From an uncultured delta proteobacterium (GTDB lineage Bacteria > Desulfobacterota > Binatia > Bin18): 64,000 nt of DNA. The stretch is taken from assembly GCA_963733195.1 (NCBI GenBank), contig CAVTCR010000056.1, forward strand, positions 1-64,000. The letters are read 5' to 3'. Made by a program: the position numbers and the translations under genes. The stretch's first letter is position 1. Each line of letters starts with the position of its first letter. This document shows, one piece after another, positions 53,627 to 62,886 of the stretch. The notes beneath the pieces are model-generated. The model was not told the DNA's origin. It ran no database searches and was given only the letters and a program-made list of their open reading frames with translations.

Positions 53627-54661
53627 ATGCGTTTCGGTTTTTTTGATCAACTTCCCTGCGCGGACGCGCAGTCAGAACACCAACGTTACACAGACATTCT
53701 GGCACAGATTGAGCTCGGTGATACGCTGGGATTTGATACCGCTTGGCTTGGAGAACTTCACTTTGGCCGTCGCTCGTCGCTTCTTGCCTCCCCATTGATG
53801 GTCCTGGCTGCTGCCGCTCAGCGGACCAAACGTATTCGTTTGGGAACGGCGGTTACTCTCTTGCCTTTACACAGTCCAGTGAAAATTGCTGAAGAAGCAG
53901 CAACTGCTGACATTCTCAGTGGTGGCCGTCTTGAATTTGGCGTTGGCCGTGGGACGGCACCTATTCACTTTATCGGTTATAACGTGCCACCAGAGGAGAG
54001 TCGTGAACGATTTGAAGAAGCACTTGATGTGATTCTGAAAGCATGGACCGAGGAGCGCTTGTCCTACGACGGTAAGTATTTTCAGGCGCAGGACCTTGCC
54101 ATCGTTCCCAAGCCGTTACAAAAACCACACCCGCCGATTCGCTTGGCTGCTAATAGTCCGGACACCTTTACCATTGCTGGGCAGTTAGGGTTGCCGATTT
54201 TTGCCTCACCATTGATTAACCCGCCGGCGAAGTTACGCGAATTCCTTGACGTCCATCGCCAGACACTAAAGCCTGGGGTAAAGCAGGATGTAGCGTTGAT
54301 GTTCTCGGTGCACGTGTCGGAGAGCCGAGAGCAAGCCCGACGGGAGTGTGAGGCAAGTCTAAAAAACTTCTTCCTTGCTGCGGGCGAGCGGCTAAAACCA
54401 CTCGGTGAGACGACAGTTAAGAGTTATGAGGCTTTTCATGAAGCGGTGAAGAAACTCGAACGTGCGACCTATGAGAGCGTTGAGCGCATGAGCGTATTTG
54501 GCGATCCTGATTATTGTGTGGAACGCGTCCGCGCGCTGCGTGAGCAGTTTCACATGGATGAATTTATCGGCTACTTCAATCAAGGGGGACTCGTCGATCA
54601 TGCGATTATCAAACGGTCGATGGAGCTGTTTGCTAAGGAAGTCATTCCACGTTGTCGATGA
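53627..54661 (+). CDS. LLM-class flavin-dependent oxidoreductase
   Basis: GFDTAWLGELHF, RIRLGTAVTLLP, GRLEFGVGRG, PKPLQKPHPP. Confidence 0.9.
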   Translation: MRFGFFDQLPCADAQSEHQRYTDILAQIELGDTLGFDTAWLGELHFGRRSSLLASPLMVLAAAAQRTKRIRLGTAVTLLPLHSPVKIAEEAATADILSGGRLEFGVGRGTAPIHFIGYNVPPEESRERFEEALDVILKAWTEERLSYDGKYFQAQDLAIVPKPLQKPHPPIRLAANSPDTFTIAGQLGLPIFASPLINPPAKLREFLDVHRQTLKPGVKQDVALMFSVHVSESREQARRECEASLKNFFLAAGERLKPLGETTVKSYEAFHEAVKKLERATYESVERMSVFGDPDYCVERVRALREQFHMDEFIGYFNQGGLVDHAIIKRSMELFAKEVIPRCR

Positions 54662-54670
54662 GGAGGATTC

Positions 54671-55885
54671 ATGCCGGGAGCACTTGAGGGCGTAAAGATT
54701 GTTGAACTTGCTATCTGGGCCGCCGGTCCTGCCGGTGGCGGCATCATGGCCGATTGGGGAGCCGATGTTATCAAGATCGAAGACCCAGAGGGTGGCGATC
54801 CCTTCCGTGGATTTTTATCCCTCGGTGTCGGTGCGGCGTCAGCCTCGTCAATCAACGGTTCTTTCGATAGCGACAATCGTAATAAGAAGAGTGTTGCGCT
54901 CGATGTGCGGACGAAAGATGGACAAGAGGTTGCGTACCGATTAATTAAAGACGCTGATGTGTTCTTAACGAATTTCCGACCTGCGGCGATCGAACGGTAC
55001 GGAATGAGCTACGCCAAGCTCAAAGCGATCAACCCACGACTGGTGTATGTGTGGGTGACCGGATACGGACCAGTGGGACCGGAGAAGGATCGCGCCGCGT
55101 TTGATTACGCCGGATTTTGGGCTCGCTCTGGCATTATGGCAACCATTGGTGAGCCTGATGCACCGCCGCCGGGACAACGCCCTGGCATGGGAGATCACAC
55201 AACGTCTATTGCGGTTGTTGCGGCAACGACGGGTGCATTGTTCGCTCGCGAACGGACTGGCGTAGGACAAGAAGTGTGGGTGTCGCTCTATCGCACTGGG
55301 TTGTGGGTCGATTCGATGGACGTACAAACTGCACTACTGAACCGACAAAATGTTCCACGCTTGAGTCGTACTCAGATGGGTAATCCACTGTTTAATGCCT
55401 ATCGAGCAAAAGATAACAAATGGTTCCAGTTAGTGAATTTACAGAGTGACCGGCACTGGCCGGGGTTCTGCAACGCGATTGAGCGTAAGGATCTGATCGC
55501 TGATCCACGATTTATCGATGCAGCCACGCGGCGAGAAAACGGTCCAGCGCTGATTGCGATTATGGACGAGGTCTTGGCCACGAAAACTCGCGCGGAGTGG
55601 GCAGCGCTCTTTGATGCCGCGGAAGTCTTTTGGGCACCGATTCAGACTGTAGAAGATGTAATTAACGATCCCCAAGCGCATGCCAACGGTTCGTTTGTGA
55701 AAGTAGATCATCCGACCGGTCAGCGTATCGAAATGGTCGCCACGCCGATTGATTTTCGCTCTACCCCCGCTCAAACGCTTACTGCTGCTCCTGAAGTTGG
55801 ACAACACACAGAAGAGACCCTTTTAGCTGCGGGATATACCTGGGAGGACTTGGCGCGATTGAGAGAACAGGGAGTGATTGGGTGA
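54671..55885 (+). CDS. Family III CoA-transferase (CaiB/BaiF)
   Basis: LEGVKIVEL, VIKIEDPEGGD, NRNKKSVALD, GMGDH, APEVGQHT. Confidence 0.9.
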   Translation: MPGALEGVKIVELAIWAAGPAGGGIMADWGADVIKIEDPEGGDPFRGFLSLGVGAASASSINGSFDSDNRNKKSVALDVRTKDGQEVAYRLIKDADVFLTNFRPAAIERYGMSYAKLKAINPRLVYVWVTGYGPVGPEKDRAAFDYAGFWARSGIMATIGEPDAPPPGQRPGMGDHTTSIAVVAATTGALFARERTGVGQEVWVSLYRTGLWVDSMDVQTALLNRQNVPRLSRTQMGNPLFNAYRAKDNKWFQLVNLQSDRHWPGFCNAIERKDLIADPRFIDAATRRENGPALIAIMDEVLATKTRAEWAALFDAAEVFWAPIQTVEDVINDPQAHANGSFVKVDHPTGQRIEMVATPIDFRSTPAQTLTAAPEVGQHTEETLLAAGYTWEDLARLREQGVIG

Positions 55886-56059
55886 AGAGGCTTCAGGTAT
55901 AGGCTGTGAAGGTTACCAGAATAAGAGGGCAAAGTGAAAACTATCTGAAAAGGCAAAATGGAAAAACAGCGGGAATCGCATAAACGACTCCGCTATATCC
56001 GCTTCTTGCTGAGACGGACTCCGAAGAGTGGCGGCACGCATTATAGTAAAATCCTCAAC

Positions 56060-57133
56060 CTAGAATCTCGCAATCACTTTCTCACTGAACTCTCGAACAA
56101 ACTCGGCAAATGCTCCGGCGGCTGGGATGAAGGCAATCTGTTTGACACCAGCACGTTCGAGCGCGCGGAGCCGTTCGATTAATTCTTCGGGGGCACAGGT
56201 CATCGTCGTTGCGCGAATGACTTCCGGTGTGGCAAAACGCGCTTCATCGGTTTGCAAATACATGCCGTGCCCGTCATGTAAGCTCAAGTAGTAGCGATCC
56301 CCCAAACGGCGCTTCTGGTCATCGATGAACGTCTGATACCGGGCAAAGATTGGTTGAATTGTCGCAGGAGCAGCGGTTGGATTCTGCACCCGTTCGTACA
56401 AAGCATGCATAGCCATCAAAGCCCACGGTCCAGCCTGTGCTTTCACACGCGGTGAGTCGTAGTCCTCTCCGGACCGAAGGAGGCAGGTGGTTGTGAGCAT
56501 CGTCGTGTACAGTTTCGCTGGATCTTTTCCGGCTTTTTCTGCGCCACGCTGAACCTGGTTCCACGTCTGCTGCCATCCTTCTAATGAATTGGTGCGGGAG
56601 GTGATAAACCCATCACCTACCTCTCCGGCGAGCATCATTGCGTGTGGAGCATTGGCGGCAACGTGAATCGGCACAGGATCGTTGGTGTTGATGAAGCCCT
56701 GTCCCTGATGGAAAAATTTGACCACACGCTGATCTTTGCCATACTGGAACTCGACTTCTTCTCCACGTAAGAGTCCGCGAATCACACTGACGTTTTCACG
56801 CAGTTCACGCAATGGACGTGGAGCCATACCCATCGCCCGCCACGCACTGTTGCCAGCGCCAAGGCCAAGAATGACTCGCCCTGGTGCAAGCTGGTTCAGC
56901 GTGGCGATAGAACTAGCTGTGACTGGTGCGATACGAGTGCCGACAATCGAGACTCCGGTACCAAGCTTGACTCGTTTCGTTTGCTGCGCGATGAGCGCAA
57001 GGCATATGTAGGGATCGCCCGCCATCATCTGCGTGTCGCTGACCCACACGTGTGTGAAGCCATTGTCCTCTGCAAGCTTTGCGTCCTGTGCGCAACTGTT
57101 CGGCTTAGCAAATATGCACACGCCAAAATCCAT
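56060..57133 (-). CDS. LLM-class oxidoreductase (Mer-like, possibly F420-dependent)
   Basis: GFTHVWVSDTQM..DPY, KLGTGV, GRVILGLGAG, AGEVGDG. Confidence 0.85.
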   Translation of the reverse strand: MDFGVCIFAKPNSCAQDAKLAEDNGFTHVWVSDTQMMAGDPYICLALIAQQTKRVKLGTGVSIVGTRIAPVTASSIATLNQLAPGRVILGLGAGNSAWRAMGMAPRPLRELRENVSVIRGLLRGEEVEFQYGKDQRVVKFFHQGQGFINTNDPVPIHVAANAPHAMMLAGEVGDGFITSRTNSLEGWQQTWNQVQRGAEKAGKDPAKLYTTMLTTTCLLRSGEDYDSPRVKAQAGPWALMAMHALYERVQNPTAAPATIQPIFARYQTFIDDQKRRLGDRYYLSLHDGHGMYLQTDEARFATPEVIRATTMTCAPEELIERLRALERAGVKQIAFIPAAGAFAEFVREFSEKVIARF

Positions 57134-57281
57134 AGGTGATCCTCCTTTTTCCTGCTGATTCGCCCCTAACGGCTTGCAACCGGGAAGTCAATCATACATA
57201 TAAGCGGTCAGCTGTCATTTTTCAGCAGTCAGCTTTTTACTCCCTCTTTCGCAACAGGGAAGAGGGTAGGGGTGCGGGCTA

Positions 57282-57806
57282 ATGGTGAAATACTCACGCT
57301 CGGGGGACTGGGACTCTCAACTCGTAGAGGAAATCGAGATTCGCGCTTATCGTGCCGGGCTCGTTGCCGGAGCTGTGACGTTAGTGGCCGCGCTCGGAGC
57401 TGTGAAGGATCTGTATGCGCTTCTGAAACCTAGTGGCCGAGGGCAATTGGTTCTTGGGTTCTTGATGCTTCGTTACACACGACTGGAGCGTGTGTGGTTT
57501 GGCTACCGTTTCACTGGGCAGGCGGCGCTGTTAGCGACGATTCCTCACCTACTCATCTACGCCGCAGCGGCCTATGGATTGGTGACTCGTCGTCGCTGGG
57601 GTTGGTATCTTGTGTTTGCTTATGTGCTCTACATTCCGCTTTCAGAAGCTACTTTTGCGTTCCTCTACCCGCTCGGCTGGCTCGCCGGCCACCCGCATGA
57701 CCAATCAGTGGTACGTGCAGAGTGGTTCTTCATCGCAGTGAGTTTGCCATTGGAACTGTTCACGGTGGGACTTTTATGGTGGTACCGGGATTTATTTGTG
57801 CGATGA
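57282..57806 (+). CDS. Uncharacterised 4-TM membrane protein, paralog A
   Basis: 174 aa; shares VWFGYRFxG..PHL..YAAA..RRWGWYL..LYIP.SE with the next gene. Confidence 0.75.
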   Translation: MVKYSRSGDWDSQLVEEIEIRAYRAGLVAGAVTLVAALGAVKDLYALLKPSGRGQLVLGFLMLRYTRLERVWFGYRFTGQAALLATIPHLLIYAAAAYGLVTRRRWGWYLVFAYVLYIPLSEATFAFLYPLGWLAGHPHDQSVVRAEWFFIAVSLPLELFTVGLLWWYRDLFVR

Positions 57807-57824
57807 CAGGCAAAGAGTTGCGCT

Positions 57825-58355
57825 ATGAATGAGGGTACCAATCTCACCGCGAATTCTGTGGCTACTCCATCACAACTAGTGGGAGACATTCGTGTGTTTC
57901 GCGCTGGGGTAATCGCTGGAGTTCTTGCCCTTATTGGTTTTCTTGGAGTGGTCAAAGATATTGGTGCGATCCTGAGCCCTGGAGAACGCGGCGATCTCAC
58001 TTGGGGTTTTCTTTCGGTGCGCTACACGAGCCTGAGTCGCGTGTGGTTTGGCTATCGTTTTGTTGGGGAGGAAGCGTGGAAAGCCGCATTTCCTCATCTG
58101 ATTCTTTATGCTGCAGCTATGATCGGGTTAAGCGGCATGCGTCGCTGGGGCTGGTATCTTGCGTTTGCTTACCTGTTATATATCCCAGTTTCTGAATGGA
58201 CATATATGCTTCTGTATCCGCTTGGCTATTTGACGGGTCAGGCATACCCAGACCCGATTCGTCAGAGCGAATGGATTTTCTTAGCTATTAGCTTTCCACT
58301 TGAACTCTTGGCTGCCGGGTTATTGTGGTGGTATCGCGATGTGTTCGTGCGTTGA
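57825..58355 (+). CDS. Uncharacterised 4-TM membrane protein, paralog B
   Basis: 176 aa; collinear with 57282-57806 through to C-terminal LLWWYRDxFVR. Confidence 0.75.
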   Translation: MNEGTNLTANSVATPSQLVGDIRVFRAGVIAGVLALIGFLGVVKDIGAILSPGERGDLTWGFLSVRYTSLSRVWFGYRFVGEEAWKAAFPHLILYAAAMIGLSGMRRWGWYLAFAYLLYIPVSEWTYMLLYPLGYLTGQAYPDPIRQSEWIFLAISFPLELLAAGLLWWYRDVFVR

Positions 58356-58368
58356 AAGGAGGGATGGA

Positions 58369-59193
58369 GTGTCTGGCTATCAAGACAAGTTTGTTACGGT
58401 CAACGGTCTACGATTGCACTACCTTGATTGGGGGAACGAAGGGAAACCTCCACTTGTTCTTCTGCATGGTGGTTCGGCCTACGCGCACTGGTGGGATTTT
58501 GTCGCTCCAGAGCTCACGAAAGACTTTCATGTGTTTGCTCCTGATCAACGTGGGCATGGCGACAGCGATCACACAAAGCCACCTGCTTATAGTACACGTC
58601 ACTATGTGAGTGATCTGCGTGAGTTTATGCTTGCCCTTGGTTTACACAATCCAGTGCTGATAGGCCACTCGATGGGCGGACATAACTCGGTGATCTTTGC
58701 CACTCAATATGCGCAGGACTTGAGTGCGCTTATCCTGGTGGACACTGATGCGGCCTATCCAGAGGCCGCGGTGGAGTTCTTACGCAAGCTCGGCGAGAAA
58801 CCGGCAAAAGAGTTTGATTCGTTTGCTCTGGCGGTAAGCCGCTTCCGGGTGTTGCCAGCTGAGTCGTTGATGTCAACTGAACGGTTGCACTACATTGCCT
58901 CCTTCGCGTTCAAAGAACGGCCAGATGGCAAATGGGTATCAAAACTGGATCGTAACACACTGTTTCGTGAACCGGTTGATGGACTACCGTTACTCGGGCA
59001 GATCACCTGCCCGACGTTGGTTGTTCGTGCCGAAAATACTCCAGTATTGTCGGATCGGAAGATGGAGCGACTTGTCGGTGGCCTTCCCAACGGCCGCTGG
59101 GCAGAAGTGAAGAACTGCTATCATCATGTGATGTTGGATAACCCGGAGGGGTTGGTAAAAGTGGTGCGGGAGTTTCTGGGGGAAAGGCTATAG
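58369..59193 (+). CDS. Alpha/beta hydrolase
   Basis: LHYLDWG, LLHGG, DQRGHGDS, GHSMGG, HHVMLDNP; GTG start with AGGAGG RBS. Confidence 0.9.
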   Translation: MSGYQDKFVTVNGLRLHYLDWGNEGKPPLVLLHGGSAYAHWWDFVAPELTKDFHVFAPDQRGHGDSDHTKPPAYSTRHYVSDLREFMLALGLHNPVLIGHSMGGHNSVIFATQYAQDLSALILVDTDAAYPEAAVEFLRKLGEKPAKEFDSFALAVSRFRVLPAESLMSTERLHYIASFAFKERPDGKWVSKLDRNTLFREPVDGLPLLGQITCPTLVVRAENTPVLSDRKMERLVGGLPNGRWAEVKNCYHHVMLDNPEGLVKVVREFLGERL

Positions 59194-59471
59194 GCTGAAG
59201 GCTTCGAGCTATAGGGACGAAAAGGCAAAGGGCAAAAGATCAAAGTTCCATTTTCCCGTTTCGCCATTTTCCCCTTCTTGTTAGATTACTTCCTGTTCTC
59301 TCAATTGTTCTATGTCCTCCCACGTGTAGCCTGAGGATGCCTCCTTACCTCGCGATTGCTCTCCGGCATTACCGACCTTTCTGCGCAAAGGCAAGAGGAC
59401 GAAGAAGTAAAGATTGGGATCTTAGTGCCGATTTTTGGCGTGAGCGACGGAATTGCTCAGTCTCAACGATT

Positions 59472-59774
59472 ATGAAAAACATGATGAATAAACGGCTTTC
59501 TGGTTGTGCCCTGCTACTTGCCTGCGTGATCAGTATCGACCTCGGCGAGGGGCTCTCGAACGCGAGTCAACAAGTGACGGAGACAGCTCCAGCGGCCCAA
59601 GTGCAGATGCAAGCCCGTCAGAATCCCAACAACAATGATAGAATAGGTCCTGACTCAGGAGGCGTTCGCGAGATCGATGGAACCCAACGCTCATCGTCTT
59701 CTGCGGGTGAAGCTGTGCCGTTTGGCGGTGATACCTGTCGCCCGGAGAAGATCGAAGCAACTCCTTGTCAATAA
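59472..59774 (+). CDS. Small secreted hypothetical protein
   Basis: Signal-like MNKRLSGCALLLAC; low-complexity body with two C-terminal Cys. Confidence 0.45.
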   Translation: MKNMMNKRLSGCALLLACVISIDLGEGLSNASQQVTETAPAAQVQMQARQNPNNNDRIGPDSGGVREIDGTQRSSSSAGEAVPFGGDTCRPEKIEATPCQ

Positions 59775-60206
59775 TCAATCGTTAGATACTCTGCTTTTCG
59801 TTTCCCGTCCCTCACTCTGCCGCATTGCTTGTGCATCCCAGGGAAGGTCAGCTTAGCCGCATGATCCCTTCCTGGGGCAGGGTGATGTCGCACTTCTCTC
59901 TGATGACACAGCTTCTATAAGGGTGGCGTCCATATGCAGACGTGCGGCCCGCTCGATAAGAGCGCTGCTGACCGCGACCTCAAGAGTTGAGTAGTCCAAA
60001 AAAGCAATCCTCTGCAGAGTGACACCGGAGATGCCTTGGAGTTGCCTTTGGGCAAACGGATACGCTACAAAATAAGAGGCAATCAATCTGTCAGCGAGAA
60101 CGGGCAGAAGTTGTTTCTCTACCCCCGCCCTGTACTACATTTAAGTGATGGGCTTGCTTACCGATTGACGGAGGACAGGGCTATACGGTGGGGACACGAG
60201 GAGACT

Positions 60207-60824
60207 ATGCCCGGACGCATGCGACCCTTACTGGCTTCGACTTCCCGTTCTGGCTGCTACTGGTGGAAAACGATTGTTGTAATGGTGTTGCTGCTCAATT
60301 CTGGGGCAGCGTGGGCACAGGGGAAGATTTATACCTGGACCGATAAGAATGGGGTTGTCCATTTCTCTGACTCGGTAAGCTCGCCACAAGATTTTGGTCG
60401 AGCCAAAGCCCTTGCAACGGAGTCTCGCCAAACGATGCCGAAAGGGAAAGGGAACACCGAGGAAATTCCCCTCGTGACTTTTGCGGACCGCCCGTCGCAG
60501 AAATTTGTTCGTGCTCAGCTTGAAAGTGGCCGTGGGACCCGGGATGTGTTGATGCTGGTTGATACCGGCGCGCAGATCTCGCTTGTTGATCAACAAACCG
60601 CCAAAGATCTCGAATTAGAACATGTGGAAGAGGCGACCTTGCGTGGCGTTAATGGTGTTACACAGAGTTGGATCGGGCGATTGCCCTCTCTTCGTGTAGG
60701 TGAAGAAGAGATCCGCGATCTTCGGGTGCTGGTTGGCCCGCAACCCGGGTTGGTGCTCCTGGGGATGGACGTGCTGGATCGCCTCAAATTATCTGTTGGT
60801 CCTCAGAGTTTGCACCGCCGGTAA
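60207..60824 (+). CDS. DUF4124 + retropepsin-like aspartyl protease
   Basis: IYTWTDKNGVVHFSD (DUF4124), MLVDTGA, LLGMDVL. Confidence 0.85.
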   Translation: MPGRMRPLLASTSRSGCYWWKTIVVMVLLLNSGAAWAQGKIYTWTDKNGVVHFSDSVSSPQDFGRAKALATESRQTMPKGKGNTEEIPLVTFADRPSQKFVRAQLESGRGTRDVLMLVDTGAQISLVDQQTAKDLELEHVEEATLRGVNGVTQSWIGRLPSLRVGEEEIRDLRVLVGPQPGLVLLGMDVLDRLKLSVGPQSLHRR

Positions 60825-61000
60825 GGGGAAAATGATAAAAAAAATGAGAAATGTAAGGAAGGAAAACGAAGAGAACACAAGCCGACCAAGGCTACGGAAT
60901 TCTCCATTCTCCATTTTTAATTCTTCATTCCCTCCTCACAGTCTGCTGGGTCTTGCCAGAGACATTACCCTTCCCGGTAAGATCCCGCCATCCTTCCCAC

Positions 61001-61085
61001 GCCGGGATGGCGGAATTGGCAGACGCAGTGGACTCAAAATCCACCGCTCCACAAAAGCGTGCGAGTTCGAGTCTCGCTCCCGGCA
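61001..61085 (+). tRNA. tRNA-Leu(CAA)
   Basis: GCCGGGA/TCCCGGC acceptor stem, GGAATTGGCAGAC D arm, GTGGA-CTCAAAA-TCCAC anticodon arm, long variable arm, GTTCGA T loop; CCA not encoded. Confidence 0.95.
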
Positions 61086-61142
61086 TACTATGATCCAGTA
61101 CTCACTCGCGAACGATAACTCATGCGAGAAGGAGAACGTAAA

Positions 61143-61376
61143 ATGCCACGCACTTTACCGTTCGACGCTGCGAAAAGCCATCTGCGGGAACTAGTCGAAG
61201 GAATGGTTCCTGGTGAAGAACTCGTGTTGACTTCACAAGGTGAGCCGATCGCAGTTGTTACCCGGCCACCCCGAGCCAGCTGGCCGTGTCAGCCAGGTTC
61301 AGCGAAGGATACGAAGTACTGGATGGCCCCGGATTTCGACGCGCCACTCGAGGACTTTGCGGAGTATATGGAGTGA
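61143..61376 (+). CDS. Phd/YefM-like antitoxin with DUF2281-type tail
   Basis: AAKSHLRELVE..GEELVLTSQGEPIAVV; GSAKD..MAPDFDAPLEDFAEYM. Confidence 0.85.
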   Translation: MPRTLPFDAAKSHLRELVEGMVPGEELVLTSQGEPIAVVTRPPRASWPCQPGSAKDTKYWMAPDFDAPLEDFAEYME

Positions 61377-61759
61377 CGCTCCTTCTTGATACCCACAGCT
61401 TTCTATGGTTTTGGTGGGACGATCCGCAGTTGAGTGAGACAGCCAAGCACGCGATCTGCGATCCAACCCAGCGGAAACTGATCAGCACAGTCAGTTGCTG
61501 GGAAATCGCCATCAAGGTGAGTCGTAAGAAACTGGACCTCGGTGTGCCGTATAGAGGGTTCATCCATCAACATATGGTTCGTAATAACTTCGAGTTATTA
61601 CAGATTACAGATGAACACCTGGCTTGGCTCGTTGATCTGCCGTTCCACCACAAAGATCCATTCGATCGTCTGCTGGTAGCGCAGGCCTTGTACGAGCAGA
61701 TTCCTATCGTCAGTGCCGATCCACAGCTTGATGCCTATGGGATTACTCGCATCTGGTAG
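61373..61759 (+). CDS. vapC: VapC-family PIN toxin
   Basis: LLLDTHSFLW, SCWEIAIK, HKDPFDRLLVAQA, VSAD; GTGA overlap with the antitoxin. Confidence 0.9.
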   Translation: MTLLLDTHSFLWFWWDDPQLSETAKHAICDPTQRKLISTVSCWEIAIKVSRKKLDLGVPYRGFIHQHMVRNNFELLQITDEHLAWLVDLPFHHKDPFDRLLVAQALYEQIPIVSADPQLDAYGITRIW

Positions 61760-61843
61760 CGACGATGCCCACAAAAGCGTGCGAGTTCGAGTCTCGCTCC
61801 CGGCATCAGCAAATCAAACCCGTACACGTGGGCAACGCACGGA

Positions 61844-62620
61844 TCATCTCCTATCAATAAACACTCGCTCTTTGCCGACCCACATCGCTGATCTAGGAAA
61901 ATCAATAAACTTCGCTTCATCTTCGACGGCGAGTTCCATCGCTCGCTTTCCTTCTGGCGTGTTCGCTATGGTCGCAAGTCGCTACGATCGAACCACGCTT
62001 CAGCATGACCAATATAAGGTGCGACTGTGGTCCCACGGCCCGTACGTAACTGTTGTTCGATGGCATCTTCATAGTAGTGGACTTGCAGGTAACGTTTCAT
62101 CCGCATGCCCAGCGAGACGCCACGAATAATGGTCCATGATTGGTACGCCAATACAATTGCGCTTCATCGGGGTTGAGCTTCGTCGGATGTCGGAGACAAA
62201 AGAAGAGTTTGATGAGTGCACTGTGTTCCCGGGCGACGATATCTTCTGTCGGGTTCACTTGTGGATACTCATATGCAAACCACAACGGTGAGTTTGGCAG
62301 GTCGATAAAGTTTTTCTCGTCTTCTAGCAGTTCTTTACCCGCAGCTTGTCCTGTCGACTTCCCGAAGCTTGAGACAATTGCCTCGCGGTTCGTCCACCAT
62401 AGTTCGGCAACTCCATCATAGGGCTTCTCCATTGAACCTCGTGCTCCAGCAAGCTGGTCGTTAAGGGATCGTCTAAGGTGTGGAGCTGAACATAGCGATG
62501 GATGTTGAGTGTTGTTGAATGCTTTGCAACCAACGGTCCATGCACCTCGCGCCAGTATTTCTGAAATTCTGCGAGTGACATTCCGGGTTTTCGCCGCAAG
62601 ACAAATTCTAAGCGAATCAT
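61844..62620 (-). CDS. Tandem EthD-domain protein (frameshifted)
   Basis: RRKPGMSLAEFQKYWREVHGPLV, YDGVAELWW, EDEKNFID; second repeat YWRTNHGP..DEAKFID. Confidence 0.85.
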
Positions 62621-62886
62621 GATTCCCCCTTTTGTTCGAGGTGAAAAGTGTCGCCGTCATAGGAGAAATTGTCTTAAGTTGCAAGTCATCCTGAACTGAG
62701 CCTAGTTCAACACTGGAACAGGCTCAGTTTGTTTATTTGTAAGTATTTGAAAAGTATTGTTTATTTTTCATCTTTAGATTTATTTTGTGGAGAAATTAAA
62801 GTTTTCCCTCGACGTTCCGATAATCCTTACTGGGGGTTCCAAACTGATTGCGATCTCATGACCAAAGGACCTCAGGAGGAATATTT

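Larger units (their letters stand above)
61049..61806. mobile_element. 720-bp tRNA-integrated islet carrying only a TA pair, bounded by 38-bp direct repeats
   Basis: CCACAAAAGCGTGCGAGTTCGAGTCTCGCTCCCGGCAT at 61049-61086 and 61769-61806. Confidence 0.85.

Noticed and set aside
61769-61806. Second tRNA gene
   Set aside because: Only part of the variable arm, the T arm and the 3' acceptor strand are present, so it is an att-type duplication.
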